Below are positions 1-8,434 of a stretch of 32,000 bases of DNA, one piece after another. Origin of the DNA: an uncultured bacterium (GTDB taxonomy: Bacteria; Margulisbacteria; WOR-1; CAVSGV01); the NCBI GenBank assembly GCA_963699255.1, contig OY969425.1, positions 720,001-752,000 of the forward strand, in the 5' to 3' direction. Below the pieces are notes generated by a model. It was not told the DNA's origin, searched no databases, and saw only the letters and a program-made list of their open reading frames with translations. How positions within the stretch are numbered: the first letter of the stretch is position 1; the number at the start of each line of letters is the position of its first letter. The position numbers and the translations under genes were made by a program.

Positions 1-1
1 G

Positions 2-67
2 AACGATAGCAGTGCCGGTGAGTTTATGCTTGGCCAGCCTGATCCTTCTACTGTGATCCTATGGTAA
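2..67 (+). CDS. possible C-terminal tail of a truncated plus-strand protein (…NDSSAGEFMLGQPDPSTVILW*)
   Basis: Open frame from the left edge to TAA at 65-67; too short for certainty. Confidence 0.25.
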   Translation, partial: NDSSAGEFMLGQPDPSTVILW

Positions 68-102
68 GCACCTTGGTTCCACGCCCACGACCCAAAAAAT
101 AA

Positions 103-708
103 TTATTTATCCTCGACAAGGCGGACCGCGATAAAATAATGTCGGACCTCGGGGTTGTCGCCGTACCGGAGCAAATTCCTTATTGAACTAATAACGAACA
201 TATTCTCTTTTTCGTGTTCAGTTTCGGTCCATTCCCACTTTTTCCCCGACAATTGATCTTTTACCATACGTTTAGCCGTCAGCAATTCTTCTTCGGTCGG
301 GATCCTGAATTTTCTGCCGGTTTTCTCGCTGAGCCATTTTGCAAACGCCCTGCCATCAACCAGACTTAAGTGGGCAATTTTATCGGTCTCCCACCATTTT
401 CCAATGGCAGAAACAAGTTCATCAGCATTGAACCCTTTGATCTCATATCCCGTGTTTTTCACGAATTTCCTGAAAAGTCCGACAGTTATTTCATCTCTCA
501 TGATCCTATATGGTCTCCCCGGAACATCTATCATTTCGGGTGCAAGCGATAAGGGCCTTGAATATGCCATGCCCTTGAACACCGATCGCGTCCCAAGAAC
601 AACTTTTCTCGTCAGGATCGAAATTTTATTGATGTCCGCTTTATATCCGACCATATCTTTCCCCTTAGATGCTCCGATATTAATATCGTTGTATATCATT
701 ATCGGCAA
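103..708 (-). CDS. formylglycine-generating-enzyme (FGE-sulfatase/SUMF1)-like domain protein
   Basis: Protein contains MRDEITVGLFRKFVKNTGYE, GRAFAKWLSEKTGRKFRIPTEEE, WEWTETE and a C-terminal FIAVRLV, matching the usual FGE order (EVTxxxFxxF, AxAYCxWxxxxtGxxyRLPTEAEWE, GFRxv). Likely start is TTG 708 or ATG 699. Confidence 0.7.
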   Translation of the reverse strand: MPIMIYNDINIGASKGKDMVGYKADINKISILTRKVVLGTRSVFKGMAYSRPLSLAPEMIDVPGRPYRIMRDEITVGLFRKFVKNTGYEIKGFNADELVSAIGKWWETDKIAHLSLVDGRAFAKWLSEKTGRKFRIPTEEELLTAKRMVKDQLSGKKWEWTETEHEKENMFVISSIRNLLRYGDNPEVRHYFIAVRLVEDK

Positions 709-769
709 AATGACCTGAATATTTCAGTGGTTTGCAAGAATATTTATGCGGTCGGTTATTTTTGGTTTT

Positions 770-2269
770 CTATTCTTCCTCTTTGAACACATCTGCGGTA
801 AAAATGTAGAGGCGGGTGTTGGGATCTTTCAGCGCTGAAACAGGAAGGCCCGCCTTGTAGCAAACATTCTCCAGGAATTGTTCTCTTGTCCACTTGTTCT
901 CCGTAGCTACCTGGGGAAGGAAAACACCGCTCTGCCCGCCGTTCTCGATCAAGACCCCGTTCTTCCCGACAACAACTTCATTTGTGCTGGTTATCGCCTG
1001 CATCGGGGAAAGTATGGATATCTCTATCTTAATGTTCGGCAGCTCTTCGGTAGTGACCGCAGTGAATCTGGTATCCTCCGTTGCCGCCGCGATTGCCATG
1101 TCGGAAACCGCCGAATAAAGTTGTTTGACGGGTTTAAGGTAGCCGATGCATCCCCTCAGCTGGCCGTTATTTGTAAGAGTGACAAAAACGCCGTACTTCT
1201 GCTGAAGTTCCTTTTCATATATCATGAAGTCCGGAATTTGCTTTGTGCTCAGGTAGCTCTCCAGCGTCTTCCTCGCGATCTCAAGAAGCCTGGTTTTCTC
1301 GGATTCATCCAGGACAAGCGGCCGCCTGTAAATGGCGGCGGACAGGTATCCGACGACCGACGACTTGTCCCCCGTCACATCCCCCGTGTCCGCATATTTC
1401 AATATCTCATAACTGTTGGCATAAAGCCGGTCGGCTGCCATCATCGCCGTAATAACAGGCCCGTAGCCGCACATTTCGCATTCGCCCGTAGCAAGCTTTT
1501 GCACCAGAGCGTTCAGGTCGCCTTTTGATATTGCGTCGATCGCGGCCGCGTCCATCGTGCTTGACACTTCATAGGTGTGATAATGAGAAAGATCGGTACT
1601 GGCGACAAGAAGGACCTTTTTTTTGCCGATCGACTTCAATATCGCCTGCGCGAGTATATTGCTGTTCTCGATCGACTGGTAACCGAACACTATCGGGACG
1701 ATCTTGAAGTTCTTAAGCGTTTTCTGAAGGAAAGGGATCTGGACCTCCACCGAGTGCTCTTTGTCCCATGCTTCCTTAACGTATTTTATTTTAGGATCAC
1801 AGGACATCAGGCTTGCAGCCATTTCCTTGTCGATCTTCACTCTTCCGAGTGGCGTTTCATATTCGCCCTCAGGAATGACGGACAATCCGTCAAACATAGT
1901 GTAATGGCTGGGCCCCATTATTATGACCGTATCAAAGCTCTTGTTCGTCAGCTGCTTGTAAGCATAAGCCGCGACCTTGCCTGAATACTGATAGCCCGCG
2001 TGAGGAACAATTATGGCGATGAGCTCCCCTTCCCCGCCAATGACATTGTAATCCTTCAAATAGCCGTCAATGTCCTTTGAAAGCTCATTCTTGTCGCCGG
2101 GATAGAACTGGCCGGCCACGTTCGCATGCTTAACGATTTCAGCGCTTGAAGCTGTCATTGAGAATAAGAATATCATAAATATTATCGAGATGTGAGATGC
2201 GAGATGCGAGATGCGAAAAACACATCTCGTTTCTTGTCGCTCATCTCTCATCTCCCTCTTCACTTCCAT
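770..2269 (-). CDS. AmmeMemoRadiSam system fusion: protein B (MEMO1-like) plus protein A (AMMECR1-like)
   Basis: N-terminal half has HANVAGQFYPG, AIIVPHAGYQYSG, IIMGPSHY, HSVEVQIPFLQ, LLVASTDLSHYHTY (MEMO). C-terminal half has ARKTLESYL, GVFVTLTNNGQLRGCIGYL, AAATEDTRFTAVTTEELPNIKIEISILSP (AMMECR1). The first 31 aa are encoded by a GAGATG-type repeat, so a start at about 2176 or a nearby alternative start is more likely. Confidence 0.93.
   Translation of the reverse strand: MEVKREMRDERQETRCVFRISHLASHISIIFMIFLFSMTASSAEIVKHANVAGQFYPGDKNELSKDIDGYLKDYNVIGGEGELIAIIVPHAGYQYSGKVAAYAYKQLTNKSFDTVIIMGPSHYTMFDGLSVIPEGEYETPLGRVKIDKEMAASLMSCDPKIKYVKEAWDKEHSVEVQIPFLQKTLKNFKIVPIVFGYQSIENSNILAQAILKSIGKKKVLLVASTDLSHYHTYEVSSTMDAAAIDAISKGDLNALVQKLATGECEMCGYGPVITAMMAADRLYANSYEILKYADTGDVTGDKSSVVGYLSAAIYRRPLVLDESEKTRLLEIARKTLESYLSTKQIPDFMIYEKELQQKYGVFVTLTNNGQLRGCIGYLKPVKQLYSAVSDMAIAAATEDTRFTAVTTEELPNIKIEISILSPMQAITSTNEVVVGKNGVLIENGGQSGVFLPQVATENKWTREQFLENVCYKAGLPVSALKDPNTRLYIFTADVFKEEE
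2187..2262. repeat. imperfect GAGATG(Y)GAGATGCG tandem/inverted repeat at the amrS/B-A junction
   Basis: cgagatgtgagatgcgagatgcgagatgcgaaaaacacatctcg; CGAGATGTG pairs perfectly with CACATCTCG. Confidence 0.7.
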
Positions 2270-3402
2270 ACCCCCGCTATCTTATAGCCGCAATACTTGC
2301 ACTTTCCGTTGATTAAATCAACCTCGAGAGTATCGAAACCCTGTCTCTTTATGATGAGCTTCCCGCATCTGGGGCAATAGGTGGATTCTCCAGCGTTCCC
2401 GTAGACATTGCCGATATATACATATTTAAGACCGGCGGCCTTTGCGATCTTTGACGCGTCTTCAAGCGTTTTCAACGGTGTGGGCGGCAGGCCGGTCAGC
2501 TTGTACTGCGGGGTAAATGCTGAAAAATAAAGCGGCGTATCCGCTCCCACGTTCTCCTTTATCCATGTGCACATCGCCTTTATCATTTTGGGATCGTCAT
2601 TTTTTCCGGGTATGACCAGGTTGGTTATCTCAAGCCATACCCCCGACTTCCTGACATTTTTTATCGTCTCTAGTACCGGATCAAGGTGACCGGAGCACAT
2701 CGTCGCGTAATATTCCTCGGAAAACCCTTTCAGGTCGACGTTAACAGCATCCATGTATTTAAGAAGCTCTTTCAAGGGTTTGGGATTGATATACCCGCAG
2801 GTGTGCATGACGTTCCTTATTCCGTATGCTCTGGCGAGTTTCGCGGTATCAAGCATGTATTCGTAGAAAACGGTCGGCTCGGTATATGTATAAGCTATGG
2901 AAGCGCAGCTATTCTTTTTCGCTTGATTTACGACCTCAAGAGGCGGCAGGATAACGGATTGCGCGTCCTCCGGCCTGCTCTGGGATATCTGCCAGTTCTG
3001 GCAGAAAATGCAGCCGAGGTTGCATCCCGCCGTAGCTATCGAAAAGGCAGAAGTCCCCGGAAGGAAATGGGTGAAAGGCTTCTTTTCTATAGGGTCGATA
3101 TGGACAGCGACCGGCCTCGCGTAAACCAGAGTGTAAAGCTTGCCGTCAACGTTTATCCTGTCGCCGCACCTGCCCTTTTTACCGTTAGTAAGAACGCAAT
3201 AATTGGGACAGAGAAGGCATTGGACGGTCTTGCCTTCAAGCACGGTCCAATTCTTTGCTTCAAGAAGTTCGAGGTTGGCCTTCCTTATCTCTTGTAATTT
3301 GTCGCTCAGTGAGCCGATATCGAGGAGCTGGATCGAATAAGCAAGGCCTCCCAGAAATACCGCGAACATTATCAGTGCCGCTAACTTTTTCATAGGATGC
3401 AA
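2260..3402 (-). CDS. amrS: AmmeMemoRadiSam system radical SAM enzyme, with N-terminal hydrophobic segment
   Basis: CLLCPNYC, GCNLGCIFCQNWQIS (CxxxCxxC SAM motif), IAYTYTEPTVFYEYMLDTAKLA, VDLKGF, C-terminal YCPRCG/CKYCG pairs. Overlaps the B/A fusion ORF. ATG at 3393 (MKKLAALIMFAVFLGG) is a likely start. Confidence 0.93.
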   Translation of the reverse strand: MHPMKKLAALIMFAVFLGGLAYSIQLLDIGSLSDKLQEIRKANLELLEAKNWTVLEGKTVQCLLCPNYCVLTNGKKGRCGDRINVDGKLYTLVYARPVAVHIDPIEKKPFTHFLPGTSAFSIATAGCNLGCIFCQNWQISQSRPEDAQSVILPPLEVVNQAKKNSCASIAYTYTEPTVFYEYMLDTAKLARAYGIRNVMHTCGYINPKPLKELLKYMDAVNVDLKGFSEEYYATMCSGHLDPVLETIKNVRKSGVWLEITNLVIPGKNDDPKMIKAMCTWIKENVGADTPLYFSAFTPQYKLTGLPPTPLKTLEDASKIAKAAGLKYVYIGNVYGNAGESTYCPRCGKLIIKRQGFDTLEVDLINGKCKYCGYKIAGVWK

Positions 3403-3411
3403 ATCATATCA
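3403..3411 (-). promoter_or_regulatory. extended -10 (TGATATGAT) 9 nt before the amrS ATG at 3393
   Basis: Direct read on the minus strand. Confidence 0.45.
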
Positions 3412-3587
3412 CTCCGGCCCGCGCATCTCAAGGCGGCGCATCGCGTCGCGGATGCCCTGTAATAATGCCCTTATGCGCATCAAATAATATCGGTTGAGAC
3501 TTGAAATTCCGCAAAGAAATACACGATAAATAATTGGCGAAATGAATTTCTGACGCAAGGATCGATCGCCGGAAGATCAGGGATATT

Positions 3588-4193
3588 ATGGAAATGGCCA
3601 AGTTAACGAAATATCGAATAAGTTTCTCCGGAATGATAAAAAAATCCGGAGTGTTAAGGATAATAGGCCCTGAGTTGAGAATAAGATGCACTATGTGGCA
3701 ACCCGCATTGATCACTCGCGCCATCAGATCGGATTTCATGAAACTTGATTCTTCCAAACAGGCGGAGTTCATCGGTCTTTATGCCAAAAAAAGGTTGAAA
3801 TCGATCGACAGAATAATATCAAAGCTTCTCCCGAACGAAGGACTTAAGGCAGCGGATCTCTGGTTGAAGATCGTTGAATCCCGCGGGGGCAGCGATCTTA
3901 GTGTCGTCCAAAAGATCAATAACCTCTACCCCGCATTAGAAAGTAAAAGCGAAAAGATCGCGCGTCTGTTCGCGAAAACCTATGTTTTTTGGGTCCACAA
4001 TTACTATTCCTGTGATCTGGACGGAAATATCACAAAAATGACATGTCAATTTTCAGATGCCCTGTTCATAAAGCATCACAAAAAGGAAATGATCAATGAA
4101 AGAAGCGAAATGCCTTATCTTGCGGAGCAAATAGAAGCATATGCAAATTTCCTCTATAGAAAAATATGCAAATTCCCTTTCATATACGGATGA
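3588..4193 (+). CDS. uncharacterized protein, paralog 1 of a tandem pair
   Basis: 201 aa ORF, clearly similar over its length to the product of 4423..5019 (TMWxPALITxAIRSxF, SKQAExIG, NYYSC, MPYL). Confidence 0.75.
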   Translation: MEMAKLTKYRISFSGMIKKSGVLRIIGPELRIRCTMWQPALITRAIRSDFMKLDSSKQAEFIGLYAKKRLKSIDRIISKLLPNEGLKAADLWLKIVESRGGSDLSVVQKINNLYPALESKSEKIARLFAKTYVFWVHNYYSCDLDGNITKMTCQFSDALFIKHHKKEMINERSEMPYLAEQIEAYANFLYRKICKFPFIYG

Positions 4194-4422
4194 TCAACCC
4201 TTGATCTGAAAAAGCGCGCGAAGAACCGGCGCCATTGAACCTATCCACATCAGCACTGCCAACTCCAACATAGAAAGTAACTCATCTCACTGCGCTGTGT
4301 CCCTCTCAAGATCGTTCGTTGTTTCACAGGCGGCTCGTGATGACGTCAAAATAGTGAAATTTAGCAGGGAAAGTTACGATAAAACAACAGGTTGAACAAA
4401 TTGTCTGGAAGGAAAATATTAC

Positions 4423-5019
4423 ATGAATATAACCAAGGTAACGAAAGATCCAACGATTATTGCCAGAATAATAAGAAATTCTCGGGTTTTAAAGATACTA
4501 GGTTCTGCCGGGAGAATAAAAAGTACAATGTGGCGGCCTGCATTGATCACTCCCGCGATCAGGTCGGAATTTTTAAGCTTTCCTTTTTCTAAACAGGCGG
4601 AGTTGATAGGCTTTTTTGCCCAAAAACAGCTGAGATCAGTAAACAAGGAAATATCAAAGCTTCTCCCGAAAGGAATTCTGGAAGCCAAAGATCTCTGGAA
4701 GCAGATAGTTGAGTACGGCAAAGACAAAGGTCTTAGCTACTCGCAAACCATCGCTCTTCTTCACCCGCAATTGAAAAGTAAATGTCTGCAGATTGCGGGG
4801 GACTTTGCGGAAGCTTTTGCTTTTTGGGTAGAGAATTATTACTCCTGTAACTCGGCCGGGGATTTCACCCCCTACACTTACCTAGCCTCAAAAGCCCTGA
4901 TATTAAATCCGCATCAAATAGAGATAATCGATAAAATGAGCGGCATGCCTTATCTGGGAGAAAAAATGAAATGGTACGCGGATTTCCTTACCCACACGAC
5001 AGAGATATTTGAGCTTTGA
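4423..5019 (+). CDS. uncharacterized protein, paralog 2 of a tandem pair
   Basis: 198 aa ORF; shared motifs STMWRPALITPAIRSEF, SKQAELIGFFAQKQL, ISKLLP, FWVENYYSC, MPYLGEKM with 3588..4193. Confidence 0.75.
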   Translation: MNITKVTKDPTIIARIIRNSRVLKILGSAGRIKSTMWRPALITPAIRSEFLSFPFSKQAELIGFFAQKQLRSVNKEISKLLPKGILEAKDLWKQIVEYGKDKGLSYSQTIALLHPQLKSKCLQIAGDFAEAFAFWVENYYSCNSAGDFTPYTYLASKALILNPHQIEIIDKMSGMPYLGEKMKWYADFLTHTTEIFEL

Positions 5020-5161
5020 AACCTGTGTTTCTCCTGCAAAACCCGGATAAATAATGCAATTCAGCGTGTCTAGGAGTATGACGACAAAAAAATCGCCGGG
5101 AGAAGCGGATCATCCGGATAACAGATGCGTAAACCAAGATCGTTGAAGCGATCCCCTCTTA

Positions 5162-6400
5162 ATGTTATTATACTGCGTCATGGCAAAAAGGATCGATCTT
5201 CTTAGGTTATACGCTCTCATTATCTTACTGCTGAGCATAATATATTTTTATCTCAACCTTTTCTCCCCGAAAACGCTCCCTTACTTTGTCCGTTTCTGGC
5301 CGATGCCGAAGAACATGAATGTCCTGGTAATGGGACTGGATACTGCCTATGACAAGACAAAGCATGTCGCTTTGACCGATGTGGGACACACGGACACGAT
5401 GATACTGGTAAATATAAACACCAACAGCTTTAAAGTGAACATGCTGTCCATCCCGCGCGACACGCTGGTGGAGATCCCCGGCTACGGATGGCAGAAGATC
5501 AATTCCGCTTATTTTCTCGGGGGCCCTGCCCTCGCCAAGGAGACGGTCGAGAAATTTCTCGGCGTTCCCGTTAATTATTACGTGACCTTGAACCCGAAAG
5601 GGCTTATCAATCTCATTGATATGATGGGCGGGGTCAGGATATATGTGGACAAAGACATGTATTACGTTGATAACTGGGGTGGCCTCAAGATAAACCTGAA
5701 AAAAGGGTGGCAGACGCTCAACGGCGAGCTTGCGAACGGTTTTATCAGGTTCCGCCAGGAACCCATGGGAGATGTTTCCAGGGTTCAGAGGCAGCAGGGT
5801 TTCCTTCAAACCGTTCTAAGGCAGCTGGCGACTCCCGGGATGCTTGCCAAAGCCCCGTGGGTCCTTGCGATAGCGGCGGAGAACATAAAAACAGACCTTT
5901 CGCTTAAAGATATGCTCTGCTCTCTGAACTTTGCAAGGGGACTGAGAAAAGATGATATAAACATGACAATGGTCCCCGGAAGCTTTGCCGTGGGAGAGCT
6001 GGGCGCAAGCATTTGGGCTCCCGATCAGGAAGCGCTCCGGGACATCGTGAACAAGTATTTTTCAAAAAAACTGCTCGCGAAACTAGAGCCCAGGCACATG
6101 CCGTCGTCCGCGATAACGATAATAAACAATACCGATGATTTTGAGGTGGTGCGCCAGATGATGAAGGTGCTTTACAGGAAAGAATATGCCATAGTGAACG
6201 TTTCCTCCCAGAAAAAACCGGGCATATCAAAGACCCAGATAATAGCGCAAAAGGGGGACAGGTCCGGAGCGGAAAAACTCGGCGGACTTCTCGGAATAAA
6301 GGAAGTGTTCGTATCCGGAACGGGAGACACCCAATCCGACTTTACCATAGTGGTATGCAATGACTGGAAGGAATATCTGGAGAACAGCATCTCCAGATAA
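5162..6400 (+). CDS. LCP (LytR-CpsA-Psr) family protein with LytR_C-like C-terminal domain
   Basis: N-terminal TM segment; LVMGLDTAYDKTKHVALTDVGHTDTMILVNIN, LSIPRDTLVEIPGYGWQKINSAYFLGG, GGVRIYVDKDMYY, RFRQEPMGDVSRVQRQQGFLQTV. Tail has SSAITIINNTD…NVSSQKKPGISKTQI. Likely start ATG 5180 (MAKRIDLL). Confidence 0.92.
   Translation: MLLYCVMAKRIDLLRLYALIILLLSIIYFYLNLFSPKTLPYFVRFWPMPKNMNVLVMGLDTAYDKTKHVALTDVGHTDTMILVNINTNSFKVNMLSIPRDTLVEIPGYGWQKINSAYFLGGPALAKETVEKFLGVPVNYYVTLNPKGLINLIDMMGGVRIYVDKDMYYVDNWGGLKINLKKGWQTLNGELANGFIRFRQEPMGDVSRVQRQQGFLQTVLRQLATPGMLAKAPWVLAIAAENIKTDLSLKDMLCSLNFARGLRKDDINMTMVPGSFAVGELGASIWAPDQEALRDIVNKYFSKKLLAKLEPRHMPSSAITIINNTDDFEVVRQMMKVLYRKEYAIVNVSSQKKPGISKTQIIAQKGDRSGAEKLGGLLGIKEVFVSGTGDTQSDFTIVVCNDWKEYLENSISR
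5163..5171 (+). promoter_or_regulatory. extended -10 (TGTTATTAT) 8 nt before ATG 5180
   Basis: Direct read; spacing implies a transcription start at or next to the start codon. Confidence 0.5.
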
Positions 6401-6417
6401 ATCGCGGCCCCTTTTTG

Positions 6418-6426
6418 TGTTATAAT
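6418..6426 (+). promoter_or_regulatory. extended -10 (TGTTATAAT) 6 nt before GTG 6433
   Basis: Perfect TGnTATAAT. Confidence 0.6.
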
Positions 6427-6432
6427 CTTTAC

Positions 6433-6708
6433 GTGGCTGTAAAACGGAAAAAATATCTTTTCCCCGCAGCGGCATCGGCGGCTGTCGCGGGACTCGGGCA
6501 GGTCATTAAAGGACAGGCCGGTAAAGGACTTAAAATAATGCTTTGGTTCTATCTGGGTTTTCCGATCATTTTTTTCGGCTCGCTCCTGCTGAACGCGTAC
6601 CTTTTTCTGGCGGTTTTTGCCGCTTTTGTAGTGCTTTATCCCGTTATATGGGTTTTCAATATCCTTGACGCGTACATGATGCAGCCGCGCACAAGGAGGC
6701 GCGTATGA
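6433..6708 (+). CDS. small membrane protein (two hydrophobic segments)
   Basis: ORF 6415..6708; GTG at 6433 sits 6 nt after a TATAAT box. Product …GLGQVIKGQAGKGLKIMLWFYLGFPIIFFG…WVFNILDAYMMQP. Confidence 0.7.
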   Translation: MAVKRKKYLFPAAASAAVAGLGQVIKGQAGKGLKIMLWFYLGFPIIFFGSLLLNAYLFLAVFAAFVVLYPVIWVFNILDAYMMQPRTRRRV

Positions 6709-7841
6709 ACAGGTCGATACATGTAATAACGTTACTCGGGATCCCCATAGAGATAAACTATTCCTGGTTCATCGTCTTCTTCCTTGTCACATGGACGCTG
6801 GCGGCGTCGGTCTTTCCGAATTCAGACAACATGCAGGGGCTTCCGATGATCACTTACTGGATCGCCGCGATAGTCGCTTCTTTTTTCTTCTTTTTCTCTC
6901 TGCTTTTACATGAACTGTCACATTCCCTGATCGCAATAAAAAACGATCTGCCGATAAAAGGGATCACTCTTTTTGTTTTCGGCGGTGTCGCCCACATATC
7001 AAAGGAGCCTCAAACTCCGGGAATTGAATTCAAGATGGCTATCGCCGGCCCTTTATGCAGCCTGTTTTTGTCCGTTATTTTTTCCCTCCTTGCCCTGTTA
7101 TTCCATAATATCGGGCTGCCCGCTGCGATCGTAGTGATAACTCAATACCTTTCGGCCATAAATCTGATGGTCTGCGTGTTCAATCTTGTCCCCGGATTCC
7201 CGCTCGACGGAGGAAGGATCTTAAGATCCGCCCTATGGGGCATTACCGGCGACCTTAAAAGAGCCACACTGATCGCCTCTTCTTTTGGCAAGCTATTCGC
7301 TTATTTTCTGATGGGCTTTGGAATAATATTGTTCGCAACATATAAAGAGATCATTTCGGGGATATGGCTGATATTAATAGGTTTCTTCCTGCAGGAAGCC
7401 GCTTCCGCAAGCTATCAGCAGGTTTCATTCAAAAAGGTCCTGAACGGGGTGAAAGTGCGGGACATAATGTCAACGAACGTTGTGACCGTCAGCAAGCACC
7501 TGACCCTTATATCCCTTGTTGACGATTACTTTTTCAGATACAGGTTCACCTCATTCCCCGTTATATCGGATGAAGGGGATATCGAGGGGCTGATCACCAT
7601 ACACGCGGTAAAAGATGTTCCGAGAGAATCCTGGGTAAGCACAACGGTAATGGAAGCGATGATCCCAATTAAAAGCGATCTTGTCGTGAGCCCTTATACG
7701 GATGTTTTTGACGCTCTGACATGGATGGCGGGAAACGGGGTTGGCAGGCTTCTTGTCACGCGGGATGGAAAGCTGCTTGGGATCGTCTCTCAAAGGGATG
7801 TGATCAGGCTTTTTGAAGTAAAGGAAGACCTGGGAGAATAG
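6705..7841 (+). CDS. M50 family site-2 protease (Rip-like) with C-terminal CBS domain pair
   Basis: HELSHSLIAIKNDLPIKGITLFVFGGVAHI (HExxH), VPGFPLDGGRILRSALWG, CBS region KVRDIMSTNVVTVS…VVSQRDVIRLF. ATG overlaps the upstream stop by 4 nt. Confidence 0.93.
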   Translation: MNRSIHVITLLGIPIEINYSWFIVFFLVTWTLAASVFPNSDNMQGLPMITYWIAAIVASFFFFFSLLLHELSHSLIAIKNDLPIKGITLFVFGGVAHISKEPQTPGIEFKMAIAGPLCSLFLSVIFSLLALLFHNIGLPAAIVVITQYLSAINLMVCVFNLVPGFPLDGGRILRSALWGITGDLKRATLIASSFGKLFAYFLMGFGIILFATYKEIISGIWLILIGFFLQEAASASYQQVSFKKVLNGVKVRDIMSTNVVTVSKHLTLISLVDDYFFRYRFTSFPVISDEGDIEGLITIHAVKDVPRESWVSTTVMEAMIPIKSDLVVSPYTDVFDALTWMAGNGVGRLLVTRDGKLLGIVSQRDVIRLFEVKEDLGE

Positions 7842-7875
7842 ATCAGAATATCAGAGGATCAGCGTACCAGAATAT

Positions 7876-7898
7876 CCCGCCGCAGGCGGGCAGGCAGG
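7876..7898. repeat. GC-rich palindromic element CCCGCC-GCA-GGCGGGCAGGCAGG just upstream of the DJ-1/PfpI start
   Basis: Perfect 6-bp stem; related in composition to 10696-10722. Confidence 0.55.
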
Positions 7899-7909
7899 AA
7901 GTGCGTTAA

Positions 7910-8428
7910 ATGACTGCTGCATCCGGCAAAAAAGTATTAATGGTCATAGCCAGCGAAGGCTTCAGGGACCCGGAATATTATGAGCCTAAGAAGGTCCTGG
8001 AATTGAACGGGATCAAAGTAACAACAGCTTCAACCTCAAAGACCGCCACCGGCGCCGAAGGCGGGATCGTGAATACGGACATATTTCTCAAAGACGCGAA
8101 CGCGAATGATTATGATGCCGCTCTATTCATAGGCGGACCGGGTTCCCATCAATACTTTGATGATCCTAAAGCCCATCAGATCGCGAAAGACATAGTTTCC
8201 TCCGGCAAAGTGCTTGGAGCTATCTGCGCCGCGGTCGCTGTACCAGCCAATGCGGGGGTATTAAAGGGCAAGAAGGCGACCTGTTTTTCCGGCGTGGTGA
8301 ATATGGTCAAGGCCGGCGGGGCGACCTATACCGGTGAGGGCGTCACGGTTGACGGCAGGTTCGTAACAGCGGACGGGCCGAGATCCGCAAAAGCATTCGG
8401 GGAAGCTTTGGTTAAAGCTCTGACATAA
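7910..8428 (+). CDS. DJ-1/PfpI family protein
   Basis: KVLMVIASEGFRDPEYYEPKKVLE, YDAALFIGGPGSHQYF, VLGAICAAVAVPANAGVLKGKKATCF, FVTADGPRSAKAFGEALVKAL. Confidence 0.9.
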   Translation: MTAASGKKVLMVIASEGFRDPEYYEPKKVLELNGIKVTTASTSKTATGAEGGIVNTDIFLKDANANDYDAALFIGGPGSHQYFDDPKAHQIAKDIVSSGKVLGAICAAVAVPANAGVLKGKKATCFSGVVNMVKAGGATYTGEGVTVDGRFVTADGPRSAKAFGEALVKALT

Positions 8429-8434
8429 ACTCTA

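Noticed and set aside
878-3297. Plus-strand ORFs 878..1528, 1577..1984 and 2686..3297
   Set aside because: Antisense to the AmmeMemoRadiSam genes, with no recognisable domains.
4194-4422. tRNA, ncRNA or decayed third paralog between the tandem pair
   Set aside because: I could not trace a cloverleaf or convincing residual similarity by eye; a tRNAscan-SE and Infernal run would settle it.
5162-6400. LCP protein as proof of a Gram-positive host
   Set aside because: LCP proteins occur in several diderm and candidate-phylum lineages, so taxonomy cannot be inferred from it.
7845-7875. agatcagaatatcagaggatcagcgtaccagaatatc as a specific operator
   Set aside because: Loose ATCAG/AATATC repetition only; no symmetric site or second example supports regulation.
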